The position numbers were made by a program, and so were the translations under genes. Of a stretch of 64,000 nucleotides of DNA, positions 10,909 to 25,100 are shown piece by piece; within the stretch, counting starts at the first letter, position 1; every line of letters begins with the position of its first letter. The DNA comes from Vicugna vicugna (Eukaryota), in the NCBI GenBank assembly GCA_013265495.1, contig MU058198.1, positions 124,001-188,000 of the forward strand, written 5' to 3'. The notes under the pieces are model-generated. The model made no database searches and was not told the DNA's origin. It saw nothing but the letters and a program-made list of their open reading frames with translations.

Positions 10909-13900
10909 TAAGTTTGTAACTTGACTATTTGGTGAGAAAATAAATTACAGAATGAAATTTGAAAGCAAGCTAAACAGGATAAAATGAAAGAACACATTAG
11001 CTGCAAAGATTATTTTAATGTACTACAATACTGAAGACTTCATTGAAGATTCCTTCTATAAAGAGTATCTATTAAAATTATAAAAAGTGATGAAAACAAA
11101 AGTAAGGAATCAGGAATCCAATAAAGCTGAAGGTTGCAGTTTGTAATCTATTTGAAATTTAAGTACAGCCTAGAATAATCCCTGATACTTAGATATTAAT
11201 AAACAAGTGGTGCAGCCCCAGGGTAAAATTAGTATCTTTATCTAAGAATCAGCTCTATGCCTCAACGTCTTCATCAGTAAAATAGGGAACTGAGCTTTAT
11301 GATTTCATAAGCTTTATTCTTCCTCCATCAACTGTAAGGTATCAAAAAGTAAGACAACATTAACTACTCTGTGTCAGCATATGAAAAATACCAAGAAAAA
11401 AAGTGCCTCTACTACTGATATTTCTTCTGAGAGGAACATCTTTCTGGAAAAAAAAATCACTTTATGATACTTACTGAAACACTTTCTGTGCCCATAATTA
11501 TTCAGAAAAGTTAAGGATGCTAGCAAAAGCAGAAACTAAGCTATTCCTCAACTCCCATGTCCCTCTACCATGTGAAAAAGACTGCAGTGTTTGTGTATAT
11601 ATTTCATTTAGTTTATCATCCTTTTGTTCCCCCCCAAGAATACTACATATGAAACGCTACATAGGCTCAGACACCCTGAGCTGTACCCACTGCAACCGTT
11701 AACACAGACATAGACAAACAAATTCAACTGAACGTAAGTACCTAAGTGCACAAGTCTAAATTATTCCTAAAGGCTCTCAATCTGAAACTTGACAAAATTC
11801 CATAACCTTAGCATATTAATACAACTAAAGCTTCACAGTGGAATATCTTCAGAGTTCATTTGCAGACAAAGCTCAGAACTTTCAAGATATGAAAAAGTAA
11901 AATCTATAGAATTTCAAGACAAAAAAATGTATGAGGATATTTTCTATGCATTTAAATAACTTACACTAAATGGAGCATGAGAACTTTTAAAAACTAATGT
12001 AATGACATTCCCTGTGTATCTAAAAACAGTACACTAAATGAGCACCCTGTAATAAACCACAACATACCATTAATTTCTAAAAGGAAATTGAAAAATAAAA
12101 AGAGAACTTGTGAACTTTTTCTGGCAGAACATGAACTTGTCTGTATGTATGGTATCTAACACAACCTGGAAAAGTAAGCTGTTAGCAAATGAATGAATAA
12201 AATAATTGAGAAACATCAAGATAACTGAAGTCTATCAACATTTAAATGAATACTAAAATATTCTGTATTTCCAGTTTTCATTATGCTTATATATCACACA
12301 TACCACTCTTACCATTAAGAGTTAAATATCTGTATCCTTTTCTAGTGACACAGCAGTAAACACAAGGCAAGAGAGAATATGGGTTAAAAAAAGATTTGGG
12401 CTCAAATCCCAACTCCACCACTGAAAAGGTATGTGCAACTTTGCAGGGGGTACTTAATTTACAAGCAAACCTCAGTTGTCTCTTGCATAAAATGGGGATA
12501 ATACCCATCTAACATGTAAGGCTATTGCAAGTCTTTAAAGATAATGAATTCTTAAGAAATACTTAGCTTAGAAAGTACACTCAAAGTTATTATGACCATA
12601 ATACTAAATATACTCAAGGTTTCTAATCTAACAGATAAATAAATATAAGCAGTTCATAAGCCTATGAATATGATCAAAACAAGTTTTTACACTCTAATAT
12701 ACAGCAGTTAATTTTAAGTTCTTCACTGAAGAAATTAGCAATCTACTGCCACCAACAAATCCATTTCTAACTAGGAAGCATTTGATTTCAATCTAAATTG
12801 AAAACAAAATAAAACAAAACAGGAAGATTTCTCAATTTGTTAGAAATATATGTTTTTAAATCCCATGAATTATAAACATGAATATTTTCCCTCCCCCAGA
12901 ATCTGGTTTTTCAGATATACAACAAAAAATTCAGTAGGGTAGAACTACTGTCTCAGAACTGTCTAAAACTCCCTGGTTGCCGGGTTCTTTTTATTACAAA
13001 ATGATCAAAACATTTCTAACCAGAATTCAAGTTTTAGGTATTCTGAACTCAAAAGCACAAAATGGTTTAGCATTTATATGAATTTATATGAATTTTTATA
13101 ATATCTAGATGGCTTAGTTCTCAAAAAGTCAGTATCAGGCTTTTAGCACCAACAAGATCATCCCAGTTCAATAAACAGAAAATTGTTAAGAACGGAAATG
13201 AGTACTTATAATAAGGCAATCAAAGGCACAAAATAGAAAATGAAAATTTGAACTCAAAGAGGCAGGCATAAATGTTAAGCTAGTTGTAAGGGCTGAAAAA
13301 GCTACCATCTGCCAGAATTAGTGTCTCAATTTAGTGATAAAAGAAAATGTTATCTGTTAAGACTAAGTATCCTAGCTAGGATCCAAAAATACCTCCACAG
13401 CCACTTTAATACACTAAAAATATTAGAGAGAGAGAGAGGGAAAAAAAAAAAAAAGAAACGCATAAATTCCCCAAAATGATTAAACTGAAGTTAAAGCCTG
13501 ATGTACATGCCACATGAGAGGTAAGTTTCTAAAGCTCATACCTCAAAAATCGCATACTGTATAATATGGAGCCTTTGTGATGTTTTTGCATCAAGTCAAT
13601 CTGTAAGACAGTAGTTATAATATTAGTGAAGACAGTGGGTTAAAACATTTTTTGTTCAAACATGAAGCAAATATCATTCATGGGTTAGGTGCTTCTAGTT
13701 GCACTATGGCCCTCCAGGGTTCATATGTTGAAGCGAAAATTGAGATGGAACGCCACTCTGTGCCTTAGAGGATAGAGGCTTACTGTGGCAGCAAAAAATT
13801 TTTTAGTACAAAAGAGAATTTAAATGTTAACTATAACATACAAATCACACGCAAATATAGTTACTGCTCATTTTAGTTACCTATTCTCAATATACAGAAA

Positions 13901-14894
13901 ATGTAATAAATTTTCAATGACCCAAACCCTCAGAGCTTACATCAACAATTTAGCACATGTTCGGGGATATATACTATCTCCTGGCTAAATGTGGTCTTGT
14001 GGTCCAATTCTCATAAGCATTATGAAAAGCAACTAAGGGGCAGGAAAAAAGCCACCCTGGAAGTATAAAGTCAGGGTATTCCCTATCAGGAAGGGTTTCC
14101 ATAAAGCACCCCAAAATGACTTGATGCAAACACCACACCTTGTGGTGCCACCAAAATAAGCATCATATTGCTTCAAGTTGTTTTTAACTAGGCTTATTAA
14201 GGGATTTCACTCACATGGTGAGATCTAATTTGTAATGGATATCAACCAGGAAATGAGATTTGCATTAAAGCCAATGAGCTGGGAATGCATTTATTCTCTA
14301 AAGCAATGGTATTCAAAGATACTGTCACTGTCACAAAGCAGTTGTAGGATATGCTGTGAGTTTTTCATACTAACAGTTAATATCACTAAAAATGATTTGC
14401 CTTTTAGAAATAAATTCAAGGTTATCCTTGTGATGTCTCTTACTCACCTGGATTCGGGCATGCTTTAAAAAGGATGAGAGAAAAAGTGAAACTATGCAAA
14501 ATTCTGGGGCTCATGTACATCACACTTTCACATTAAAAACATTGCTCTAAAATGTGAGTCTTTGGCTAAAAATTCATTTGGGAGGCTCAAGGACTTCATT
14601 ATACTAAACTCTTCCCACCAGAGACAATTATAAGTTCAAATTTAATAAAGCAGAACTGAACTACCATGCCAAAATTATGAATGAATTTACCTGTTTTGCA
14701 ATAATGCAATAATGAAATATTAACAGTTACTATAATTTCGTGATGAAACTTCCTTAGCTACTTAAGTATTAAGTATCTATGATACCAAACCTTAATTTTC
14801 TATTTATAGGTTCTTTGTTACCAATTTTTAACCATCAAACCTCAACAGTCACTGCAGCTTCAAAATATCAAAATATATTTAATTACTGTTGTAA

Positions 14895-15490
14895 AACTGT
14901 GAAGAATTTTACCTTGCCCAATTAGCGGTCTGGACTTAAGCTTCAACTTCTGGAAGATAATCTCTAAACTCTTGGATTATAAGGCCTAATAAGAGTGTCC
15001 TTGTCTACCTGGGAACTTTGGGCCACACCAGTGTGATCTATGGTGGGGCCTTTGAGTCACATAGATGAGCTCAACCTCCAGAAGGGCTGGAGACTAAGTT
15101 CAAGCATTAGGGCAGTTGATCACGGAGCCCCAGGCAAAACTCTGGACACCAAGGCTGGGTTGGTTCCAAGGCTGGCTTCCGTGGGTGGTAATACACCATG
15201 TGTATTATCATATATCAATACCAGGAAAGTAATATTGCTCACTACTCCACAAGAAGAAGTTCCACATTTGGAACTCTCCTAGACTCTGCCTTATGTGCCT
15301 TTATCCTTGACTGATTTTAATCTGTATCTTTTAGCTGTAATAAACTAGAAGCATGAATAGAACAGCCTTCAATGAGTCCTGCAAGTCCTTCCGGTGAATT
15401 AATCCAAGAATGGTCTTCGAGATCCCCAAACTTACAACTGCTGTCAGAAATAAGGGTGGTCTTATGGATATGCTCCCTCTAACTCAGCAC
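14895..15490 (+). mobile_element. Solo LTR, MER21-like
   Basis: TG start, AATAAA at ~15339, resemblance to recalled MER21 consensus. Confidence 0.55.
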
Positions 15491-15507
15491 CTATATTTAG
15501 AATCACT

Positions 15508-15653
15508 GGGAGGGAAGGTATAGCTCAATGGTAGAGTGCATGCCTAGCATGCACAAGGTCCTGGATTCAATCCCCAGTACCTCCATTAAAAATTAATAAG
15601 TAAATAACCTCCCCCCCCAAAAAAATGTTTTTAATAAAAATAAAAATGAATAA
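15508..15653 (+). mobile_element. tRNA-derived SINE (camelid vic-1-like)
   Basis: A box TAGCTCAATGG, B box GATTCAATCCC, A-rich tail, TSD AATCACTG. Confidence 0.85.
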
Positions 15654-16554
15654 AATCACTGAATGCACTCTAACTCAAAATTTTAAAGGTTGTAAATACT
15701 GTTTTAAAATAATATCGCTACAAAACATAGTAAAGATTCAACTTCAGTATAGTTTATTTCCCTTCCAAGGAATCTCAAACAATCCCTACTGATAGACCTC
15801 TAATCATATTGACCAGAAGGGACAAACAAACCAAGTAACTAGGAGTGTACTATGTTAGATTTTAACCTTTGCTTCATGTGCACAATTGTCTTTGGTGAAA
15901 ACGCTGAACACACCACTCCCATGTAGTTCTCTGACTACAACTGGGTCTTCAATGTTGCCCATAATCCCCTACCCAGGGTTCTCTGCTTTCCAAAACAGCT
16001 TTCAAACTTTCTGCACCTTCCTCCTTCCCTCACGCTACCAGTGATGATCCTACAGAGTCCTGCTACATGAGAAAGCTGTTCTGTAGCACATTCAATAGTA
16101 AGAGGTAAATTTTGAGCTTGTATCAAGTCTGGCAAGCAACCTACCCAAGCAGTTTACATACATATATCATATCATTTAATCTGGAACACAATCCTATTGT
16201 GATTATTAAAGATGATAACCTATCATCTTACAGATGAGGTAACAGAGATTCCATAAATGACCTTGAGTTGCACAGCTACTTAAAGGCAGAGCAAGAACTC
16301 AAACTCAGTTCTAACTCCCAAGTTGTTCAACACTCCACCACTGCCTGACAACTTCCTTCCAATAATCCACAAATTCACCTATATCTGGAAACACAGCCTT
16401 TCTTTCCAGTACACTCACATAATGGAACAAGTAAACCTCCTATCTGCTTTAACCTTTTGGATCCATACACTCTTCTGAGGCATGCCCTGGATCTCCAACT
16501 TTCCTACTGCTCATCATATCCTCAACATACGAACACATTCAGGGCTTTCCTTTA

Positions 16555-16661
16555 AAAAAAGGGAAGGGAAGGGAAGGGAAGGGAAGGGGAGGGGAGGGGA
16601 AAGGGAAGAGAAGGGAGGGGAGGGGAGGGGAGGGGAGGGGAGGAAGAAAGAAAGAAAGAAA
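16555..16661. repeat. Polypurine tract (GGGAA/GGGGA/GAAA)n
   Basis: About 100 consecutive purines on the + strand. Confidence 0.95.
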
Positions 16662-18768
16662 TCAAAACCTTAACTCTGTTTCTCCTTCTAAATCTAAGTG
16701 TTTACATAGACTCTTCACAGCCAAACCTCTTGAGAAAAATTTACCTTCCTTGCCTTCACTCGCTTTTTAACTAACTGTAACCAGGGTCCCACCCTCAACA
16801 CTCCACTTAAACTATTCCTGCCAAAACAGCAACTGTCACTGGTGGCCTACTTGCCTCTAAAATCCCTTAAGCCCTTTTCAGTTCATTTTGCTCAATGCCC
16901 CCTGATGACTTGCTTTTCACAACTCTCTACTCACACTCTTTCTCAATGCCACTCTAAAGGGTATTTTTTTAGTAACTTGAATTCCAGTGCCCTTCTCTAC
17001 TTTTCCCAACCCAAGTACTTTCTTTCTTCTTCAGTTCCTTCTTTAACCAGTTTAGATGTCATGGCCTATCATTCAATAACTCTTGCCAATTCCTTTAACC
17101 TCCCTTAATATTTTCTTCACACCGATCTGGCAAACTCCTAACCCTGGAAAAACCCAATTATCAATTATCCATCATCCACCAGTAAGCACCACATTCCCAG
17201 GTCTTCTAAAGTTCATCCCCCAATCTCTACATGCACTATTCAGACCTTGCCATTCTCTTCATTCCGAAGTACTCTCCTAAATCCCTTACACACACACACA
17301 CATTAAACACACACACATACACAAAAAGGAAAACCATCAACCCCACATCCCTCCAACCAAACAATCTGCACTCGCTCTTTGCAGTCAAACTAAGAATTGT
17401 CTCCACTTCCCATCCCATTTTTTTACCTCTACTAGCTCCTCTATCCACACTAATTCAACTCCAGCCCCCACACCTTTGGCAAAACCAACTGAGACCTCCA
17501 GGTTGCTAAATGCAAGATATATTTCAGGCTGCTTCTTACTTATTCTCTCACAGCAGTTTTCACAGGGCTGCGGAGAATGGCTTAGCAGGTTGTGGCCTGC
17601 ACAAAGGTGCCCTGCAGAGGAATAAAGTGAGCTGACTGAGAATTTCTTTTTAAAATCCTTACAATAACCCGTGCTCAGATCCCGAGAATTCAAAGTAACC
17701 AAATTCTTCTTTTCCTTTGGCTTATAGGATGTTATACTCTGCATTTCTTCCTACCTCTCTAGTTGTGCTTTTTCAGGAACCTTGAAAGTTTGCTCAGCCT
17801 CCTCTACCAAACCACTAAATCTTGGAGTTTCTCAAAGCCTGGCCTTTGATCCCTCTACTCATCTCACTTGGTACTCTCTCCCTCAATCTATGCTGATGGC
17901 AGTACTCATCACTTGTATGACACTGACTCCCAAATCTTGGCCTCCACCATAGTTGCCCACTCTGAGGCCCAGACCTATATATCCAACAGTTCAAAAAAAC
18001 AATCTTAATGTTCTAATGCCTCAAACACAACAACTGGCTTCTTTCCTCTTAGAACTCCCATTATAAAAAATGGTAACATCATCAGCTATTTTCCAATAAA
18101 TGGCACTATTTGGTCTGTCAGACATAGTATGTTCCCCACCTCCAATTCTTATCTCTATCCCATTTCTCCTCCATATTGCAACACAAACAATTCTTATAAA
18201 ATCTGATGTCCTTCATTTATCATCTTATGTATCTTACTTCCCTTTTCAGCCAAATCTCTATATCCCCGTAGTCCTTTTACACTCCATGCCCCATCCATCC
18301 CAATCTTTCAGTGCCCTAGAAAGAATCTCCTTGCTCAGTCTCTGCCTGGCACAGCCTCATTCTCAGCCCTCCCTGACCCTAGCTAATTTCTTTGTCCTTC
18401 AAGCTTCAGCTTTTCTTTGCAAAGTTTCTGATTCCCTTGAGGCTGGCTAGTAGTCCCTGCTATATAAGTGCCATTGGAGAATCTAATAGTTTCCTTAGCT
18501 CTTACATCATTTGAGAAGCTTATTTAAACTGTGTTCTGCCAGGAGACTGTAGATACCAGAAGGGCAGGAGTCTGTCAATGTTGCTGATCATTGTAACCCC
18601 ACTCCCGAGATGGCACACAAATTACTTACTGTCTAAGTGATTCCCTACTATCATAACTGAGGCCTTTCTCTTGACTCTGTAATGCAGTCCCCTAACCTAA
18701 CCCAACACCAACTTTTCTTAACCCAGAACCCCTACTCCCTCTCCAAAACGTTCTATTAAGATCAACAA

Positions 18769-18852
18769 GGCGTGGGGATACAGCTCAGTGGCAGAACCTA
18801 CACTTAAAGTACATGAGGTCCTGGGTTCAATCCCCAGTACCTCCATAAAAAT
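18769..18852 (+). mobile_element. tRNA-derived SINE (vic-1-like)
   Basis: CAGCTCAGTGG..GGTTCAATCCCCAGTACCTCC; TSD ~AAGATCAACAA / AAAATCAACAA. Confidence 0.85.
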
Positions 18853-19469
18853 AAAATCAACAATATTTTCTTGATTATTTTCTACAACACAAGCAGTAAT
18901 TAAAAGCTAATGACTTCAAAAGGTGAACTAAGATAGTTCCAGTCCTCTCAAATTTACAATCTAAAATGAAAAGAACTGTAAGTCAGCATAAGTTCCAATC
19001 AGGAGTATAAAATGCTCTGTGATTTCAGGGGAAAAAAAATCCCATCATTCAGCTCCCTCTTCAAACTCTTACAGCACTCAAAGTGTGTACCACACTAGCT
19101 TGCATTTTAGTAGGTATGTAATAGCTTCAATTTGCTCACTTGAGATGTTAGTATTAAAAGCAGTTACCTAGTACCACACACCTTTCATAGAGAAAAGAGA
19201 ACAGCACAGTCGTTGCTGCATGGAGAGGGAAGGGGAACTGACTAGAAAATGATCTTGGATCAAAATCCACTACATCCATTTAAATTAAGTAAAAATTTCA
19301 TCTTCTAAGTTAAAACTTCCATAACTAAAATTTGGTCTATGTACATGATCTTCAGAGTAACTTTTCTGAACACAAAAAAATCCAGTAATAGAAAAGGATG
19401 GCTTCAGCAATATATTTCAATGAATTTTAAAATTCTACCTACTTAATATGCATTTTAAAAGCCTTATTT

Positions 19470-20500
19470 ATTTTTGTGCAAAGGACACTATCAAGAGTGA
19501 AAACTCAATTCATGTACAACTGAAAAATTGTGCTCTATACTGGAAATTGACACAACACTATAAACTGACTATAACTTAATAAAATAAAATTTTAAGAAGA
19601 GTGAAAACTCAGAGAAAATATCTGCAAATTATATATCTCATAAGAATCTAGTACCCAAAATATATAAAGAATTCCTATAACTCAACAAAAAGACAAACAA
19701 TCCATTTAAAAATGGGCAAGACTGGAACAAATATATTTCTCCAAAGACATTCAAATGGAAAATTAGCACATGAAACGTTGCTCAACATCGTTAGTGATTA
19801 GGAAAACCACAATGAGAAATCACACCACTAGGATAACCATAATTTTTTTAAAGAAACAGAAAACAACTAATACTGTGAGAGGTAGAGAAACTGGAACCCT
19901 CATATATTACTGGTGAGAATGCAAAATGGCACAAACCACTTTAGAAAATAGTTGGCAGTTCCTCGAAAAAATTAAACATAGAATTACCACAAGATCCAGC
20001 AAATTCACTTCTAGGTATATGCCCAAAAGAATTGAAAACAGGTGTTCAAACAAAAACTTGTTCATGAATGTTTATCACCACAGTATTCACAATAGCAAAA
20101 AGACAGAAACCCAAATGTCCATCAAAGGAATGGATAAACAAACTGGTATATCTATACCATGGAAGATTATTCAGCCATACCTGCTACAACATGGATGACC
20201 CTTGAAAATGTTACAGTAAATCAAAGAGGCCAGACACAAAAGGCTGGACACAAAAGGCTACATATTATATGATTCCATTTATATGAAATATTCAGAATAG
20301 GCAAATCCATAGAAAAAGCAGATTTGTAGTCGCCAGCAGCTGAGAGGAGGGGAAAATAGGGAGTGACTGCTTAATTTGTACTGGGTTTTCATTTGGGACG
20401 ATAAAAATTCTGGAACTGATCATGGTTGCACACATTGTGAATGTACTTAATACCACTAAATTGTGAAATACTACATTTTACGTGTATTTTACCAATATTT
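19470..20500 (+). mobile_element. Old LINE-1 (L1M) ORF2 end and 3' UTR, with a younger L1 3' end nested at 19508-19596
   Basis: Typical ORF2 C-terminal and 3' UTR motifs; nested piece has a perfect 15-bp TSD AAGAGTGAAAACTCA (19493-19507, 19597-19611). Confidence 0.85.
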
Positions 20501-22067
20501 TTTAGAACCTTATTTATAACATTCTTGAAAAGGCAAAATTATAAAGAAAAAAGACCAGTGGTTACCAAGGACTGGGAAAAGCTGACTACATAAGGGCACA
20601 GGGAAACGTTGGGGGATGACAGAAGTATTCTATGGCTTGACTGTGGTGGTCACAGTTACAATACTATCCAGTACTGTCAGAACTTGAAGAACTCTACAGC
20701 ATGTAAATCATACCTCAATAAACCTGATTTAAAGGAAATAGTGTATTTCTTTATAGTAAACACATAAAAGTATTGAGTTATTAATAACTGATTTATTTTT
20801 CATAATTCAGTGTTTCATGTCTTATATTGTCTAACATATTTAGTAGCCATTCTCAATGGAAAAGCAGAAATGTATCACTGGTTTAAAGTCACCATGCTTT
20901 CTATGAAACCAAAGACTGCTAGTGTCCAAATTAATCAGGCATAAGAGCTGAAACTTTAAAGCTTGGGAAGGATTAACCTAGCCAAGGTACAGTAAGAAAT
21001 AAAACTGCACTCATGTCAGTAAAAGAGTTGTTACCTATACTAAGATTAAAAGTTCTCGATTTCCAGCAAAATAGCCATTTTACTCTTTATCAATGCCTGA
21101 GGTAAGTCTTTATAGCACTTTATTTAAAAAAAAACAAACACCTAATAAATTCTTAATATTTTATTGCCTAGCCATTTGATAGCTTTCAAAAAAATTTAAA
21201 GAGTCAAAGCACTATAGCTGACAAAATCAGAAGCTTATGGGCCAAGAGAGATTGGCAATCCACTTATGATTTATTTTATATATTTAAGTATTCTGAAGTC
21301 CTATATCTCATCTGGCATAAATTTATATCTTACTAGGCATTAAGAATATTGATAGTCAAGAAGGCTGGTATGCTTTTAACCTCTGATACAAACATGAATT
21401 CAATGTTCAGCATTTAACAAAAATAATTTTGTTTATGCTAAATAATCATTCACCTAAAGGCTCCTGGATCTAAGGCTCCACATTAATTTGACTCACTTTC
21501 TTCCTGGCCTTTATTTTTAACCCAAGCTAGTTTACAGCCTTAAACAAAACCCTGTTTCGGCTACTATTTGCATCACTTATCTTTCCCTTTTGTCAGCAAG
21601 TCCTGGAAGTACTTTAGAAACAGCCCATTCAGCCTGGGAAATTGCCAAGATTGAAAGGAAATCTCTTATTCCATGACCTCCGTAGCAGAGGAAGGACAAA
21701 AAGACTGAAAAGTCCACAAAGAACCAAGTCCCATACCCTCACTCCCCAACCCAGAATCTCCAGGTTAAATGCCAAACATAGCCGCTTAGGACAGAGAATA
21801 TTAAGAGTTAAACACTAAAGGAATCCTAAAAGGACGAGTCTTGAAACCAGAGTGCGACTCTAATTAAGGAAAAGGCAGTGTTTTATAAGAAATGTGTGCA
21901 ACCATCTCTTAAAAGTCCTGAAAACAGGAGAGTAACGCTGTAGAGTTATTCTGATAAAGTTCTTCTAGCTAATAGACTCAAGCATATTCCCAAGGAACTA
22001 ACATGTTTGTGAGATTCTCTAACAATTACATATTTTACATCTTCCCTTAAAAATTACTCTAAAAAGA

Positions 22068-22164
22068 GGGGAGGGTATAGCTCAGTGGTATAGTGCGTGC
22101 TTAGCATGCAAGCTGTCCTGGGTTCAATTCCCAATAAAAAAAAAAAGAATTTGTTTAAAAAAGG
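22068..22164 (+). mobile_element. tRNA-derived SINE (vic-1-like)
   Basis: GGGGAGGGTATAGCTCAGTGG..GGTTCAATTCCC, poly(A), TSD ATTAYTCTAAAAAG. Confidence 0.85.
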
Positions 22165-25100
22165 ATTATTCTAAAAAGCACTGTGATCTCTTTTAAAAAC
22201 AAATTTAGTGTAATAAATAACAACAATACCGCCATTTTTTTTTAATTTAAACAAGTCAAGAAAAATTACGTGATTGCCAAAAATCACGCATAACACATTA
22301 AAAAAAAAACAAATACTATGCCATTTAGATATAAGTACTTTCAAAGAAAACTATTAACAAGTTAGGCCCAACTGCCACAATGGTATTGCATATCCTTCAA
22401 ATCCTGGGCACAGTCAAGGATTTGGGCATCAAAAAAGATCTATATTCTAGCATGTAACCTTTATCATGTAACACATCTTAAAAAGACACTATATTTCATA
22501 TTCCACACATGATCCTCAACACAGAAAAACATTACCAGAAATATCTTTAGGGCATTCTCAAATTATACACATGACCCCCACCCCAACTCTCTTAACAAAT
22601 GAATACACCCAGAGAAGAATCTAAAACATCTTGGTTCTATTTCTAACTTTACCAACATAATTACACTAAGACAACAAGTAGATTTTTAAATGGACTCTGG
22701 TTCCTTTCAACATCTCCAGTAACTCCTCTAGGACCTATCTCCTTAGGTGTCCTGTGGTAGGAAATACACTATTAAACACCAACATACTACCTGCGGTAAA
22801 ATATGTATGGTAAACCCTCCTACTTAAGCATTGGGACTTCTTTTTCAGAAGTGATCTTGAAATAGCCATTTCCTCCTACTTAAACATAAATAAATCTCAA
22901 AAGATATGAGTCCTAAGTCAAATAGTTGGGAAAGGAAGATATTTTGTAGAAAAATTCTATTAATTCTTCTAACTGTAGGACTATTAAGACAGTTTCGGGT
23001 AGTTACTGAAACATACTAGTAAGCAGCAATCAAGAGCCAGGAAACAATGCGCCCACTGTGCTTAGCAGTAGCCAGAAGTATACTAAGGTATTTGAAGTAT
23101 TCAGCCGTAAGTTTGAGAAAGCCACGAAACAGTTCAAAATCCTCACTTAAGCCACTTTAAACTCACAAGGTCTATACAAACCATCTTTTTCTCCTGTAAC
23201 ATTTTATATTAACATACTTTTATCAGATTGATAGACTGATTTAAGTGGTATAAAATAAGTGCCTTCCATAACTTCCTTTTGCAACAAAAGAGAAAAATCA
23301 ATGTTTCTATATATGAAGTTCCTCAGGAGACAGCATTTACTCATTTTGAGTAAATTTATAGCACCATAATTTAAAATAGCACCAAAATTCTATTGGTACT
23401 AAGCAGTCATGACAGCTTAATACTGTATATACATTATATAATGATGCAAAATTTCATTAATTCCTATCTATTTAAAAGATACATGTGGTTTTCTTTTCTT
23501 AAAGTACTTCAAACTATGATATTGGCAGAGTACATCCTTTCCATGATCAATGACCATCCTCCCTACTCCCTTTAAAACAAATATACATACATTCTACATT
23601 AGGGAAGAAAGAGCACTGCAGCATTTAACTGACGTTTTTATAAGAATTAGGTTTTAAATTTCAACTATACAATGAAAGTTAAGCAAGGTACAAGCTACCT
23701 TTTAACATACTCTGTCTCTATTTAACTCCATTTGCACCTGCCCTACAATAAATGCAGTCACAAAGATTAGATTATTTTTGCTGGCTCACAATTTCAACTA
23801 TCAAGTTCTTAAAGTGCGAATAATAAGATATGGCAAAAAATAAAAAAGGATGCAGATCTACAGCCAAATTCCTTATTACCTAACTTGAAACAGGCTTACA
23901 GCTTAATGGAAATTTTCTCCCTAGAACCCTACAGTAGAAAATGTAGAAAGAGAACCACCACTATAATGGAGAGCAATTAACTGCATCTCCACAAATATTC
24001 TTCTAAAAGAATGCATATAAGTTGCTATTAAGTATGGCAAAAATCATACTTAACAGGAATTTAACAATTACATGAGCTTCCAGTTATGCATCCTCTAAAA
24101 GACTTGATGTAAATACCTTTCATGGAAATTTTTAATACACATACACACTCTAGTCTCAGAGTACTAAAAAAGTGAAATTTCAACCAGTATGTGGATGCAT
24201 GTGTGTAGTAAATTGTAAAGACGAAGAGAAAAAAAAGAGGGAGGTTCTTTAAAATTCTAAATTTGATCTAAAGTGTGGCAACACAAATAGCATTTGTGTA
24301 GCACTTTATAGTTTTGAAAGTAATTTCCAAAACTTTACCTTCAACCTTCATAACCCTTTGTCTTAGGGAAGGCAAGAATTACCTCCTCAGAGGGACAGCT
24401 GGCAGTGTCAGTACAAAAGACCTTTGTCTTCCCATTCTTAGTCCACTGCTATTTTCATGACACCAGCCTCTCCTAAGATAAATATTTGTGACAGATCAAT
24501 ACTAAAAATGCTCACATGCTTAAAAATAAATACACCTTACAGAAGAATCTAAAACACTCTGGTTCTACTTCTAACTTCTCCAATGCAATTACACTAAGAC
24601 AACAAGTGGATTTTTAAATGGACTAAAAGAGCACTATGGTGTAATTTTTATATCCTCAATAAGATTAGAATAAAAACACAGGGATACTACTATTATAGTA
24701 ACTATACAAGATAGGCCACTCTAAATAAACATTTCTTTTACAAAAATTTGTTTTATAGTCAGTCAACTGATTTACCCCCATACACACCTTTATTAAGCAT
24801 AAGTTCATCTTTAATTTTCAAAAAGGAACAAGATTCCACATATTAAAATGACACCAATATTTCAAATAATGACAATCATTTATAAAATAGTCAGAATCCT
24901 AACTCAAGTCCTTCAAAAACGATACCAACTGTGTCTCAAGGTAGATTCTTCTAAACTAGGCTAATGAATAGACACTAAATCTCAAGTTTCATAGTCTTAC
25001 TGTTGGGAAACCATTTTCACTTTTCTTCATATTCATCCAAAGAATACAAGGACAGGCAAGAAAAACAATCGATGGTTTCAGGAAAGAAAATTCAAGATGT

